This document shows positions 46,144 to 56,055 of a DNA stretch of 64,000 bases, in pieces (positions within the stretch are counted from its first letter, which is position 1; each line of letters starts with the position of its first letter). The notes under the pieces were generated by a model that saw only the letters and a list, made by a program, of their open reading frames with translations, searched no databases and was not told where the DNA came from. This DNA comes from Patescibacteria group bacterium (GTDB lineage: Bacteria > Patescibacteriota > Microgenomatia > Daviesbacterales > UBA10151): NCBI GenBank assembly GCA_943356485.1, contig CALRFD010000005.1, positions 32,103 to 96,102 on the forward strand, read 5' to 3'. The position numbers were made by a program, and so were the translations under genes.

Positions 46144-46689
46144 ATGCAGGCAATTAAAGAAATAGGATTCAAAAAGGCATTTAAATTTTTCCTGTTTAGT
46201 TTTTTCCAACTTTTTTTTGGCTTAATGATTTTGCCCCAACTTAGAAAAGTGCTATTGCAGATTGGCGGAGCAAAAATCGGCAGAGATTCTATTATTATGG
46301 GAGTACGGTTTTTTAACTGGCATCATCAAGGATTAAGTGGGGTTAATATTGGAAAAGAATGTTTTATTGGTGATGAGACTCTGATTGATTTATATAATAA
46401 AGTAGTTTTAGAAGATCAGGTGACAATCGCTCAGAGGGTCACCCTTTTAACCCATATGAATGTGGGTTATAGAAACCATCCCTTGCAAAAATATTTTCCG
46501 TCCAGCAGCGCACCGATTCTTTTAAAGAGAGGATCGGTGATTGGAGCTTCCGTAACTATTTTACCCGGGGTGGTTATCGGAGAAAATTCAATGGTTGCAT
46601 CAGGAGCAGTGGTTACAAAAGATGTCCCAGATATGACTTTAGTAGGTGGAGTTCCTGCTAAGGAAATAAGAAAATTAGATGAAAAATGA
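46144..46689 (+). CDS. Hexapeptide-repeat acyltransferase (WcaF/LacA-like sugar O-acetyltransferase type)
   Basis: An N-terminal hydrophobic segment is followed by left-handed beta-helix repeats (IGGAKIGRDSIIMG...IGKECFIGDETLID...). It is 181 aa. Confidence 0.7.
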   Translation: MQAIKEIGFKKAFKFFLFSFFQLFFGLMILPQLRKVLLQIGGAKIGRDSIIMGVRFFNWHHQGLSGVNIGKECFIGDETLIDLYNKVVLEDQVTIAQRVTLLTHMNVGYRNHPLQKYFPSSSAPILLKRGSVIGASVTILPGVVIGENSMVASGAVVTKDVPDMTLVGGVPAKEIRKLDEK

Positions 46690-48215
46690 AGATCTTAAAT
46701 TTAGTAAAGAAGTATAGAGTTTATCTTTTATTTGTCCTGATTATAGCCATTTCTATTTTTCTTAGATTTCACCGTTTGGGCGATATTTATGTTTTTAACT
46801 TAGATGAAGAGTACCAAGCGAGTTATGCCTGGACAGAAGTTTTGCACCCGCACAGGATTTGGATTGGTCTGGTAGCGGCTGCGCTGGAGTTTTATATTGG
46901 GCCTTATGTGGTTTATCTGACTGCAATCTTGCTTGGTATATCACATGGAGACCCACTAATCACCGCTTATTTCGCTGCCGGCTTAGGAGTGGTAACTACA
47001 GCAGCAATATTCTTTATCGGGAAGAAGGTTTTTAATTTAACTACAGCAGTTTTGGCCGCCTCTCTTTATGCCACAATGCCCATTTTTGTTTTTTTTGATC
47101 AGAAATATTGGAATCCGATGTTTGGTCCTTTAGTAACAGTATTACTATTTTTAAGCTTAATACAAACTAAACAATCAAAATGGTGGTGGGTTGTTTTTGC
47201 CGGTCTGGCCGGAATAATATTTGAAACTCATTTACCGCCATTTCCACTTTTATTGATTGGAGGATGGGGTTTTCTAAAGCATCGATATTGGCAGGATCTA
47301 AAACTACTTACTTTTTGTATAGTTGTATTTTTAATATTCTATTGGCCGCTTTTAGTTTTTGATTTTAATCATGATTTCAGTAATTTAAAGGTTGTTACCA
47401 GACTTTTTGTAACAAATAGCCAGTCAAAGGTATCTTTTAATCCAGGAGCTAAATTCGGCACGCTTTTTGATAGTATGGGTAGATTTTGGTATTTAAGACC
47501 CGGCTCCCCGAATGCAGATGAGGTTAATTTTGGCTGTTCATCGCTATCTTTATCAACCGGTTTTGAAACAATAGATAAATATACCAGGAGAACATATGCG
47601 CCATTTTGGTTATCTTCAATCTCCCTTATATTGCTTTTAATCTTTTTAAGAAAGAATCTAAGGAATGCGGACGATAATTGTAGGATTTTAGCACTATTTT
47701 TAACTATTTCCGGATTTTTCTTCCTGATTTATCCCGGAGGATCTTTTGAATATTATGCTCTGATATTTTTGACTTTATTTACCTTTGTGCCGGGAATATT
47801 AATTAGTCAACTAAACAAAAAACTGGCAGTAGGTTTGTTCGGAATAATTATTATATTCTCTATTTTAGGTATTAACACCGTTCTTCATACTTCAGATGAA
47901 TTTAGTTTAGGCCCAAAGAAAAAACTAATTGCTGAAGTAATGAAGATTGTAGGTCAAGAGGACTTTGCCATTGAAGGAAGGGGAATATGTCATAATTATG
48001 AAGGCTGGAGATATTTATTTAAAGTCTATGGCAGGGTTCCAACTCAGAGCTATACTGATGATAGCCTTGGCTGGTTATATCCCAAAGAGATAGGAAAGGA
48101 AAAACCTGCCATCACTGTTATCCTTTCTGAAGACAGGATTCCGCTTAAAGAAGATCTATCCAGCCTTACCTCTGTCAGATCAGGAGGGTATAGGGCGTAT
48201 ATCAGGAAAAAATAA
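46686..48215 (+). CDS. PMT/ArnT-like GT-C membrane glycosyltransferase, paralog B
   Basis: It has FNLDEEYQASYAW. The N-terminal ~360 aa are diverged from paralog A, but the 3' 432 bp are nearly identical to it. Confidence 0.6.
   Translation: MKILNLVKKYRVYLLFVLIIAISIFLRFHRLGDIYVFNLDEEYQASYAWTEVLHPHRIWIGLVAAALEFYIGPYVVYLTAILLGISHGDPLITAYFAAGLGVVTTAAIFFIGKKVFNLTTAVLAASLYATMPIFVFFDQKYWNPMFGPLVTVLLFLSLIQTKQSKWWWVVFAGLAGIIFETHLPPFPLLLIGGWGFLKHRYWQDLKLLTFCIVVFLIFYWPLLVFDFNHDFSNLKVVTRLFVTNSQSKVSFNPGAKFGTLFDSMGRFWYLRPGSPNADEVNFGCSSLSLSTGFETIDKYTRRTYAPFWLSSISLILLLIFLRKNLRNADDNCRILALFLTISGFFFLIYPGGSFEYYALIFLTLFTFVPGILISQLNKKLAVGLFGIIIIFSILGINTVLHTSDEFSLGPKKKLIAEVMKIVGQEDFAIEGRGICHNYEGWRYLFKVYGRVPTQSYTDDSLGWLYPKEIGKEKPAITVILSEDRIPLKEDLSSLTSVRSGGYRAYIRKK
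47778..48209 (+). repeat. 432-bp near-identical direct repeat, copy 2 (3' end of GT-C paralog B)
   Basis: It is the counterpart of 43783..44214 at an offset of 3995 bp. A second identical 60-bp patch lies at the same offset (43069..43128 and 47064..47123). Confidence 0.9.
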
Positions 48216-48217
48216 TA

Positions 48218-49162
48218 ATGAAAATTGTATTTCTTAGCAGATATCAAAACAGTATTCAACGCGGAGCAGAAACTTTCGTTAGAGAATTAAGCAAGCAGTT
48301 AAGTCTAAGTCATGAAGTTAGTATTTTAGTTGGAGAAAAGGCCGATAGCTTAAGCGAAATTTTAAAAGGTGATTATCAAATTGTAGTAGCAGTTAATGGT
48401 GGGGCGCAAAGCCTGAAAGCTTCTATTGGGAGATTAAGAAAAAAGTATAAGTTGATAATTACCGGGCAGGCAGGGATTGGCAGGGGAGAAATTTTTAACC
48501 TGGCGGTTGCCAGGCCGGATTTATATGTGGCGCTGACAGACGCTATGTTTAAATGGGCAAAACCTTGGGCTTGGGGGAGTAAGGTTGTTAAAATATCAAA
48601 CGGGGTAGATATAGAAAAATTTACTCCGTTTGGAAAAAAGATGAGTCTTAATTTAGTAAGCCCGGTTATTTTATCAGTCGGGGCGCTGGTTGATTATAAG
48701 CATCATGAAAGAAGCATTATTGCAGTCTCTAAGTTAAATAAGGGCTCACTTTTGATAGTCGGACAGGGACCAAAGGAGAGTAGGCTTCAGGGTTTAGGTG
48801 ATAGGCTATTAAAATCCAGGTTTAAAATATTACATGCAGATTATCAGGATTTGCCAAAAATTTATCGAAGCGCTGACCTTTTTGTTTTGCCGTCCTGGTC
48901 AAGGGAGGCGTTTGGTATAGTATACTTGGAGGCTATGGCTTCTGGACTGGGAATCGTAGCACCAGATGATCCATCAAGAAGGGAAATTATTAGTGAGGCT
49001 GGAATATTAACAGATGTGCTAGATGATAATAAATATACTGAGGCGATCGAAAGGGCACTTCTAATTGATTGGCAGTCTAAGGCTTTAAAACAGGCAAAGC
49101 TTTTTAGTTGGGATAAAATTGGGAGAAAATATGAAGAAGAGTTTGAAAAATTATTAAAATGA
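48218..49162 (+). CDS. GT4 (GT-B fold) glycosyltransferase
   Basis: The C-terminal domain has FGIVYLEAMASGLGIVAPDD, an EX7E-like motif. Confidence 0.7.
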   Translation: MKIVFLSRYQNSIQRGAETFVRELSKQLSLSHEVSILVGEKADSLSEILKGDYQIVVAVNGGAQSLKASIGRLRKKYKLIITGQAGIGRGEIFNLAVARPDLYVALTDAMFKWAKPWAWGSKVVKISNGVDIEKFTPFGKKMSLNLVSPVILSVGALVDYKHHERSIIAVSKLNKGSLLIVGQGPKESRLQGLGDRLLKSRFKILHADYQDLPKIYRSADLFVLPSWSREAFGIVYLEAMASGLGIVAPDDPSRREIISEAGILTDVLDDNKYTEAIERALLIDWQSKALKQAKLFSWDKIGRKYEEEFEKLLK

Positions 49163-49923
49163 ATATGATTTCAGCAGTTATTGTTACTTTTAATGAAGAA
49201 AAGAAACTGGAAGACTGTTTAAAGAGCATTTATAAAAAGGTAGATGAAATAATAATAGTTGATTTAGGCTCAACTGACAAAAGTCTGCAGATTGCATCCA
49301 AATACGAGGCTAAAGTTTTTAAACATGAAAATGTTGACTATGTTGAAAAGGTTAGGGATTTTTCTATTTCCAAAGCAAATGGTGAGTGGATTTTAGTTTT
49401 GGATCCTGATGAAAGGATAACACATTCACTTTTTGAAAAATTAAAGGAGATAATATCAGAGGGTAAATATACAGCTGTAAACATCCCTCGAAAAAATATT
49501 TTTTTTGGCCGATGGATAAGGCATACAAACTGGTGGCCGGATAGACAAATTAGGTTTTTTAAAAAAGGTAAAGTAAGCTGGAGCAGTAAAATACACAGTT
49601 ATCCGAAGGTTTATGGGTTGAGTCTGGAATTAATTTCCAGACCGGAATTATCAATAACGCATTATGGTTATGATAATATCCAACAGTTTATAGACAGGCA
49701 AAACAGGTATTCCTCAATTGAAGCGGAAAATAGATTTAACCTGGGAGAGAGATTTTCCTTTTTTAAACTTGGCTGGTTTCCTTTAAGGGAGTTTATAGTC
49801 AGGTTTATAAGACACGGCGGTTATTTAGACGGAAAATATGGATTTATTTTAACTTATTTAATGATGGTATATCAATTGATGGTAATGATCAAAATTTGGG
49901 AGTTGAGGAAAAGGGGAAAATGA
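49159..49923 (+). CDS. GT2 glycosyltransferase
   Basis: It carries ISAVIVTFNEEKKLEDCLKSI...IIVDLGSTDKS and LDPDE. Confidence 0.7.
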   Translation: MNMISAVIVTFNEEKKLEDCLKSIYKKVDEIIIVDLGSTDKSLQIASKYEAKVFKHENVDYVEKVRDFSISKANGEWILVLDPDERITHSLFEKLKEIISEGKYTAVNIPRKNIFFGRWIRHTNWWPDRQIRFFKKGKVSWSSKIHSYPKVYGLSLELISRPELSITHYGYDNIQQFIDRQNRYSSIEAENRFNLGERFSFFKLGWFPLREFIVRFIRHGGYLDGKYGFILTYLMMVYQLMVMIKIWELRKRGK

Positions 49924-51350
49924 TTTGGTTGATATTATTTTTAAGTCTAATACTTAGGATAGTGAGTTTAAATCAAAGCCTTTGGTTAGATGAGGCAATT
50001 AATGTCATGGCGGCGCGAAGCTATTCTTTTTTAGGAATTTTAACAGAGTATGCTAAAGCTGATTTTCATCCACCCCTATACTTTATAATTATTTGGATCT
50101 GGACAAAACTATTCGGCTTTTCTGAAGTTTCAGCCAGATTACCTTCAGTTATTTTTGGCTTATTAACAATCTGGCTGGTCTTTTTAATTGGCCGGAAGTT
50201 ATATTCTAAGACATTAGGCATCTTAGCTGCTTTATTATTGGCACTTAATCCACTGCATATTTATTACAGTCAGGAAGCAAGGATGTATTCTATGGCAGCT
50301 TTTGCAGTGGTGCTTAACTTACTTTTTTTTATTTTTTTATTAAAAAAAGAAAGGATAAATTTAGTCTTTATTATTTTTAGTAATTTTTTAATATTAATGT
50401 CAGATTATGTTGCATATTTGATTTTTCCATCTCAGTTATTATTAATATTACTATTAAAGGAAAGGAGCCTTTTAAAAAGATGGGGAGTTGGTTTGCTTAT
50501 CTCTTTAATCTTAATTATTTTTTGGATACCTGTATTTTTAAGTCAAATAAGCATAGGTCTTAATATTTCTAAAGATATTCCGGTCTGGAAAGCCGTTGTG
50601 GGCGCTTTTGATTTAAAAAACATAGCCTTAACTTATATTAAATTTATAATTGGAAGAATTAGCCTGGATAATAAATTAATTTATGTAAGTATACTTATGC
50701 CCGTTTGCGCATACTTTGGCTATTTCTTATTTAGAGGGTTAAAATTTGCTTCCAATTTTAATAGAAAATTATTACTGATATTAACTATAGTTCCTATATT
50801 TTTAGCATCAGCAATTTCGATAGTAGTGCCTATATACAGCTATTTTAGATTACTCTTTCTATTGCCTATTTTCCTTATCATAGTTTCATCTGGGATCTTG
50901 TCATTTAAAGCCAGAAGCAGACACTTTTTTTTAATTGTTTTTATCTTGATTGAGACTTTTTCGTCTATGACTTATTTATTAAATACTACTTTTCAAAGGG
51001 AAGACTGGAGAGGTTTAGTTACTTTTCTTAAATCCAAAAACAGCGTACCCGTTTTATTTGAAAGCTCCGGTGCTTTTTCACCGTTTGACTACTACGGGGG
51101 AAAAACAATTAAAGGAGTTGGTGCGCTGAAGAACTTTCCAGCCAGAGATTTAAAGGATATAAAAGACTTAAAAACAGAACTAGGTAGTAAAAACGATGTT
51201 TTTTTGATAGATTATTTAGTCGATATATCTGATCCTTCAAGATTGGTTTCGAAAAGTTTATTATCTTTAGGATATAAACAGATGAGAACTTATAACTTTA
51301 ATGGGGTTGGATTTGTATATTATTTTAAGAAAGATGAAAATGCGCAGTAA
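49920..51350 (+). CDS. PMT/ArnT-like GT-C membrane glycosyltransferase (GT39/83-like)
   Basis: The N-terminus has LWLDEAINVMAARSYSF (a DE loop-1 motif) and HPPLYF, in a multi-TM protein. I placed the start at ATG 49920, an ATGA overlap, rather than at 49896. Confidence 0.65.
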   Translation: MIWLILFLSLILRIVSLNQSLWLDEAINVMAARSYSFLGILTEYAKADFHPPLYFIIIWIWTKLFGFSEVSARLPSVIFGLLTIWLVFLIGRKLYSKTLGILAALLLALNPLHIYYSQEARMYSMAAFAVVLNLLFFIFLLKKERINLVFIIFSNFLILMSDYVAYLIFPSQLLLILLLKERSLLKRWGVGLLISLILIIFWIPVFLSQISIGLNISKDIPVWKAVVGAFDLKNIALTYIKFIIGRISLDNKLIYVSILMPVCAYFGYFLFRGLKFASNFNRKLLLILTIVPIFLASAISIVVPIYSYFRLLFLLPIFLIIVSSGILSFKARSRHFFLIVFILIETFSSMTYLLNTTFQREDWRGLVTFLKSKNSVPVLFESSGAFSPFDYYGGKTIKGVGALKNFPARDLKDIKDLKTELGSKNDVFLIDYLVDISDPSRLVSKSLLSLGYKQMRTYNFNGVGFVYYFKKDENAQ

Positions 51351-52701
51351 GATATTACTAATTTTAATTATAATTTTCCATATTTTTATTTTATATAAAC
51401 TGATATTTTTCCCTTATCCGGAGTTTTTTGTTTATCCTTATTTAACTAATCACGGACTTTTGCCTTATCAACAAATTTTAGATCAGCATTTTCCCGGTTT
51501 AATGTTTCTGCCAATTAATTTTGATAACTTAGGGATGAATAATGAGCATATTGCCAGAATTTGGCTCGTAATGGTAGTTGTTTTGACCCAGGTGCTTATT
51601 TACTGGAGCGCTAAAAATATACTGAAAAGCTCTTACATTGCGTTGCTGGTAAATCTTCTTTATCTGATATGGCAGCCTTTTTTTGAAGGGTGGGTACTTT
51701 GGATTGATACTTTTCTTCCTTTATTTTTAATACCGGCCTTTTATTTAACTTATAAATTTATAGTTGAAGGTAAAAAGAGTATTAAACTGTCTTTTTTTAT
51801 AGGTTTACTACTAGGAATAAGTGTTGTTTTTAAACAGGTTGTTTTACCTTTGACAGGACTTAGCTTTATATACTTACTCTGGCAGAAAAAAAGTATTAAA
51901 TTTGCCTTACCTTTTTTGCTTGGTTTTTTACCCCCGGTTTTAATGATGTTATTTTTTCTTTATCAAATTGGGGTAATTAAGGATTTTTGGTATTGGACAG
52001 TTGTTTTTAATTTGACAACTTTTGCAGAATATGGCAGAAAATTACCCTTTCTTAGCGGTTTAGTCAGAGTTGGTTTTGTTTTATTTTTTGGTTTATCAGT
52101 CTTTTTTTGCAGGGACAGGAAGCTTTATTTAACCCTAGCTCTTTTTACCTTAGGTTCTTTAATGGCTATTTATGCGCGTTTTGACTTTGTGCATTTTCAG
52201 CCAGCTCTACCTTTTATATTAATATCTACTGTCGTTGGTATGAATTCAATAAAAGATAAAATTTATTTTAAAGGGCTAGTCCTCATTTATTTAGCTGTTA
52301 TTTTTTGGTGGATGTTTATTTTTTATAAAGGCCATCTGGTAAATAAAGTTATGTTTTTTGACACTCAGACAAAAGAAATTGCAGCAAAGGTCAGTCGATA
52401 TACAAAGCCAGGGGATAAAATATTTATTTTCGGTACAGTGCCTCATATTTACCAGATGACAAATACCATGCCAGCAGGGGACGTCTTCGTTTTTCAGTTC
52501 CCTTGGTTTTTAAGAGTAACTGAGGATAGGTTGTTGGAGGGATTAAAAGAGGATAAGCCCCGGATTGTTGTTTCGGATAGAACAGTTGAGATTGAAGGTA
52601 GTAAAATAGTGGATTTTGCAAAGAAGTTGGACACTTATATACAACAAAACTATAGGCAAATAGATCAGGTTGGTGATACTAAGATTTTACGCCGGTTGTA
52701 G
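51334..52701 (+). CDS. Polytopic membrane protein, function unknown
   Basis: It has about 10 hydrophobic helices. I placed the start at the internal Met MKMRSKILLIL (51334), overlapping the upstream stop by 17 bp. The ORF track starts it at 51301. Confidence 0.5.
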   Translation: MKMRSKILLILIIIFHIFILYKLIFFPYPEFFVYPYLTNHGLLPYQQILDQHFPGLMFLPINFDNLGMNNEHIARIWLVMVVVLTQVLIYWSAKNILKSSYIALLVNLLYLIWQPFFEGWVLWIDTFLPLFLIPAFYLTYKFIVEGKKSIKLSFFIGLLLGISVVFKQVVLPLTGLSFIYLLWQKKSIKFALPFLLGFLPPVLMMLFFLYQIGVIKDFWYWTVVFNLTTFAEYGRKLPFLSGLVRVGFVLFFGLSVFFCRDRKLYLTLALFTLGSLMAIYARFDFVHFQPALPFILISTVVGMNSIKDKIYFKGLVLIYLAVIFWWMFIFYKGHLVNKVMFFDTQTKEIAAKVSRYTKPGDKIFIFGTVPHIYQMTNTMPAGDVFVFQFPWFLRVTEDRLLEGLKEDKPRIVVSDRTVEIEGSKIVDFAKKLDTYIQQNYRQIDQVGDTKILRRL

Positions 52702-52745
52702 TATCAATCTGATAGAATGTATTTGCAGGTTTTGCCAATTTACTT

Positions 52746-53768
52746 ATGAAAAAAATTTTAATAGGAATGGATATATCACAACTTGCCCACCCCGGGGGTG
52801 TAGCTACTTATACGAAAAATATTGCAGAAAATTTGTCTAAAATTACGGATCTGGAAATGATTTTTTTCTACTCATCACTTAGAAAGCCTTATAAAGGCAG
52901 TTTAAGTAATGTGAAATCATACAAGCTGCCGCCTTCTATCTTTGAATTGTTTTTTAACAAAATAAGAAATGTCAGGATAGAAAAATTTTTAGGTTCTTTG
53001 GATATTTTCCATTCATCGGATTGGACACAACCTCCTGCAAAGGCTAAGAAAATTACTACCTATCATGATCTTGTTCCTTTAAAATATCCGCAATGGTCTA
53101 ATCCGAAAATAGTTTCAGTACACAAAAGAAGACTAAAATTAGTTGAGAGAGAGATTGACCGGGTAATTGCAGTATCGCAGGCTACGAAAAAGGATCTAAT
53201 TGAAACAAGTAAAATTCCGCAGGAAAAGATTACAGTAATTTATGAAGGCCCAACTGCAGAGTTCAAACAACCCTCCAGGGAGGAGCTTCAAGAATTTAGC
53301 AGAAAATACAGTCTGCCTGAGAAATTTGTATTGGCAATTGGGGGTATTGGGCAAAGACGGAATTTATCCAGAATTAAAGATGCCTGCAAGGGATACAGTT
53401 TACTGGTAGCAGGACAAGACCTGCCTTGGCTCAGTACTGGAGAGTTAGGTTTACTTTATCATAGCGCTCATTTACTGATGTATTGTTCGCTTTATGAAGG
53501 GTTTGGTTTACCGATTTTGGATGCTTTCACCTGTGGTTTACCTGTTGTAACATCCAGCGTTTCGTCTATGCCGGAAGTGGGCGGTGAGGCTGCTTTGTAT
53601 GTTGATCCTTTGGATATTGATGATATAAAAAATAAGCTGAAGATAGTTTGGGAAGATAAGGAGTTAAGGCAGGAAATGATTAAAAAAGGATTTGTGCAAG
53701 CAAAGAAATTTTCCTGGGAAAAATGCGCCAGGGAAACAGCGGCAGTTTACCGGGAGATGATCGGATGA
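52746..53768 (+). CDS. GT4 (GT-B fold) glycosyltransferase
   Basis: It has YEGFGLPILDAFTCGLPVVTSSVSSMPEVGG, the EX7E motif. Confidence 0.8.
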   Translation: MKKILIGMDISQLAHPGGVATYTKNIAENLSKITDLEMIFFYSSLRKPYKGSLSNVKSYKLPPSIFELFFNKIRNVRIEKFLGSLDIFHSSDWTQPPAKAKKITTYHDLVPLKYPQWSNPKIVSVHKRRLKLVEREIDRVIAVSQATKKDLIETSKIPQEKITVIYEGPTAEFKQPSREELQEFSRKYSLPEKFVLAIGGIGQRRNLSRIKDACKGYSLLVAGQDLPWLSTGELGLLYHSAHLLMYCSLYEGFGLPILDAFTCGLPVVTSSVSSMPEVGGEAALYVDPLDIDDIKNKLKIVWEDKELRQEMIKKGFVQAKKFSWEKCARETAAVYREMIG

Positions 53769-54883
53769 ACATTTGGATTGATGGATATGAAGCAAATATT
53801 AAACAAAGATTAGGATCTTCGCAGGTAGCTTTTGAACTAATCAGACATATAGAGAAAAATGATAAACAAAATGAGTATACAATTTTAATTCCATCTATTC
53901 CCCTTGATGATATGCCCCTTGAAAGAGTAGGGTTTAAATATAAAATCTTAAAACCAAAAAAACTTTGGACCAAGATTGCTTTACCTTTGGCTTTATACAC
54001 TGCAAAACAAAAGCCGGATCTTATTTTTTCTCCCACACACTATATTCCCTGGTTTTCACCTGTTAAAAGAATAGTTACTGTATTTGACCTGTCCTTTTTA
54101 CATTTTCCAAAGATGTTTACAAAACGTGATCTTTGGCAGCTTAAAAATTGGACTAAATTTTCCATACAAAACGCAGACCATATTATCACCATTTCAAATT
54201 TTTCAAAAAAAGATATTATCTCCCAGTATAAGTTAGATAACAGCAGGGTGAGTGTTGCTTATCCGGGATTTAATAAAAAAATCTTTATGCCAAAGCAGAA
54301 AGATGAAAAAAGTAAACAGATTTTAGATAAATATCAGATTAAGGATACCTACATTATATATATAGGTACAATCCAGCCAAGAAAAAATTTAATCAGATTA
54401 ATGGAAGCTGTTTCCAGGATTGAGGGGCTTAATCTAATAATTGCGGGAAAGACAAAGGGTGAAGGCCGGGAAGGCTGGATGTTTGAGGAAACTCTGCAGA
54501 CGCCAAAAAATTTAGCCATAGAAGATAGGGTTAAATTTTTAGGGTTTGTGCCGACTGAGGATCTGCCGGTACTTATTTCAAACTCAATTGCCTTTATTCA
54601 GCCCTCCCTTTGGGAAGGATTTGGAATACCGGTTGTTGAAGCTATGGCTTGTGGAGTGCCGGTTTTAGTATCAGACAGATGTTCCCTTCCTGAGGTTGCG
54701 GGAAAAGCTGGGTTAAGTTTTAATCCTTATTCAGTCGACCAGATTGAGCAAGCTATTAGAACAATAGTTTCTGATAAAAAACTACATAACAAATATTCCA
54801 AAAATGCCCTTATCCAAAGCAAAAAATTTTCCTGGGATAAGATGTCTCGGGAAGTGATAAAAATATTTAAAATCTTTGCTTGA
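53765..54883 (+). CDS. GT4 (GT-B fold) glycosyltransferase
   Basis: It has WEGFGIPVVEAMACGVPVLVSDRCSLPEVAG. The start ATG 53765 forms an ATGA overlap with the upstream stop. Confidence 0.8.
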   Translation: MNIWIDGYEANIKQRLGSSQVAFELIRHIEKNDKQNEYTILIPSIPLDDMPLERVGFKYKILKPKKLWTKIALPLALYTAKQKPDLIFSPTHYIPWFSPVKRIVTVFDLSFLHFPKMFTKRDLWQLKNWTKFSIQNADHIITISNFSKKDIISQYKLDNSRVSVAYPGFNKKIFMPKQKDEKSKQILDKYQIKDTYIIYIGTIQPRKNLIRLMEAVSRIEGLNLIIAGKTKGEGREGWMFEETLQTPKNLAIEDRVKFLGFVPTEDLPVLISNSIAFIQPSLWEGFGIPVVEAMACGVPVLVSDRCSLPEVAGKAGLSFNPYSVDQIEQAIRTIVSDKKLHNKYSKNALIQSKKFSWDKMSREVIKIFKIFA

Positions 54884-54895
54884 TTTAAGCCGCTT

Positions 54896-55510
54896 GTGTA
54901 TAATCTTTATATGATCTTTAAAGACAGGATGGGTAAAACTCTTAATTTTAATGAAGTTTTAGGCAAAATTGCAGGAAGAATACTTAGTTGGTTTTTAGAT
55001 TTTGAACTGATGTTAATTACCTGGGCAGGTTTAGTCCCCCTACATACTTTCAGATTGCTTATTTATAAATTGGCCGGAGTTAAAATAGGTAAAAACTCAA
55101 GAATTCATGTTGGGGCAAAGTTTTTTTATCCGGCTAATATAGTTATAGGCAATGGGACAATTATTGGCGATAATGCTTTTTTAGACGGCAGATCAAGGCT
55201 AATAATTGGAGATAATGTGGATATAGCCTCTGGAGTTATGATTTACAACAGCGAGCATGATATAAACTCAACAGATTTCCATGCAATATTGGCGCAGGTT
55301 GAGATTGGAGATTATGTATTTATTGGACCAAGAGTTATTATTTTGCCGGGTGTTAAGATAGGCAAGGGGGCTATAGTAGCGGCAGGAGCTGTGGTTACGA
55401 AAGACGTTTTGGAGTTTGCTATAGTTGGAGGCGTTCCGGCAGAAGTTATAGGTGAGAGAAAGATAAAAGATCTGCATTATAAGTTGGGAAGGGCTAGATT
55501 ATTCCAGTAA
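54896..55510 (+). CDS. Hexapeptide-repeat acyltransferase (WcaF/LacA-like)
   Basis: A hydrophobic N-terminal segment is followed by IGKNSRIHVGAKFF...IGNGTIIGDNAFLDGRSRLIIGDNVDIASGVMI repeats. The start may instead be Met at 54911. Confidence 0.7.
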   Translation: MYNLYMIFKDRMGKTLNFNEVLGKIAGRILSWFLDFELMLITWAGLVPLHTFRLLIYKLAGVKIGKNSRIHVGAKFFYPANIVIGNGTIIGDNAFLDGRSRLIIGDNVDIASGVMIYNSEHDINSTDFHAILAQVEIGDYVFIGPRVIILPGVKIGKGAIVAAGAVVTKDVLEFAIVGGVPAEVIGERKIKDLHYKLGRARLFQ

Positions 55511-55512
55511 AA

Positions 55513-56055
55513 ATGAAGTATCTCTTTACTATTTTTAGTGTTCTCCTGCTAATTTATATGGTGGTGCCAGGACCTGTTAGCATATCTAATTTTAAAGATT
55601 TACCGGCTTCAGAAAAGTCAAAGCTGGAAGGTGATACAATACAGATTCCTAATGTAGCAGGGTATTTTTCAAATAATTATAGAAAATTTGTTACAGATTA
55701 TTATTTAAAAGATTATCAGAAAAAAACCTGGTTACCCTTTCCCCCTTTAAGATTAAACCATCCTCCTGAGTATTCATGGAAGGTGATTAAAGTAAATACA
55801 GACAGTACTTATTTAGAAGAGTTTGTATATCCGCTAAGAGATTCTCTGTATGTTAATGGTTTTGAGCCCTTTTACTCAGATGGAAGTCCGAAATATTGGG
55901 GAGCGGTTAAACTGGAGACAAATAAAGAGAGTTGGTTTACTAAGACTACGTTAAGGTATTATCCTTCAGGTTTAACGGTAAGATTTTTGACCTGGTTTGG
56001 GATTAGTTTGTCTATATTCATGATTTATAGGTTAGGTAAAAAAATTATATTATAA
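55513..56055 (+). CDS. Hypothetical N-terminally membrane-anchored protein
   Basis: A single N-terminal TM helix (IFSVLLLIYMVVPG) is followed by a soluble domain. I recognise no motif. Confidence 0.4.
   Translation: MKYLFTIFSVLLLIYMVVPGPVSISNFKDLPASEKSKLEGDTIQIPNVAGYFSNNYRKFVTDYYLKDYQKKTWLPFPPLRLNHPPEYSWKVIKVNTDSTYLEEFVYPLRDSLYVNGFEPFYSDGSPKYWGAVKLETNKESWFTKTTLRYYPSGLTVRFLTWFGISLSIFMIYRLGKKIIL

Noticed and set aside
43783-48209. Possibility that the 432-bp near-identical repeats are IS elements or MITEs
   Set aside because: Both copies are in-frame 3' coding portions of paralogous GT-C genes. They have no terminal inverted repeats, no transposase and no target-site duplications. Gene conversion or assembly collapse explains them better.
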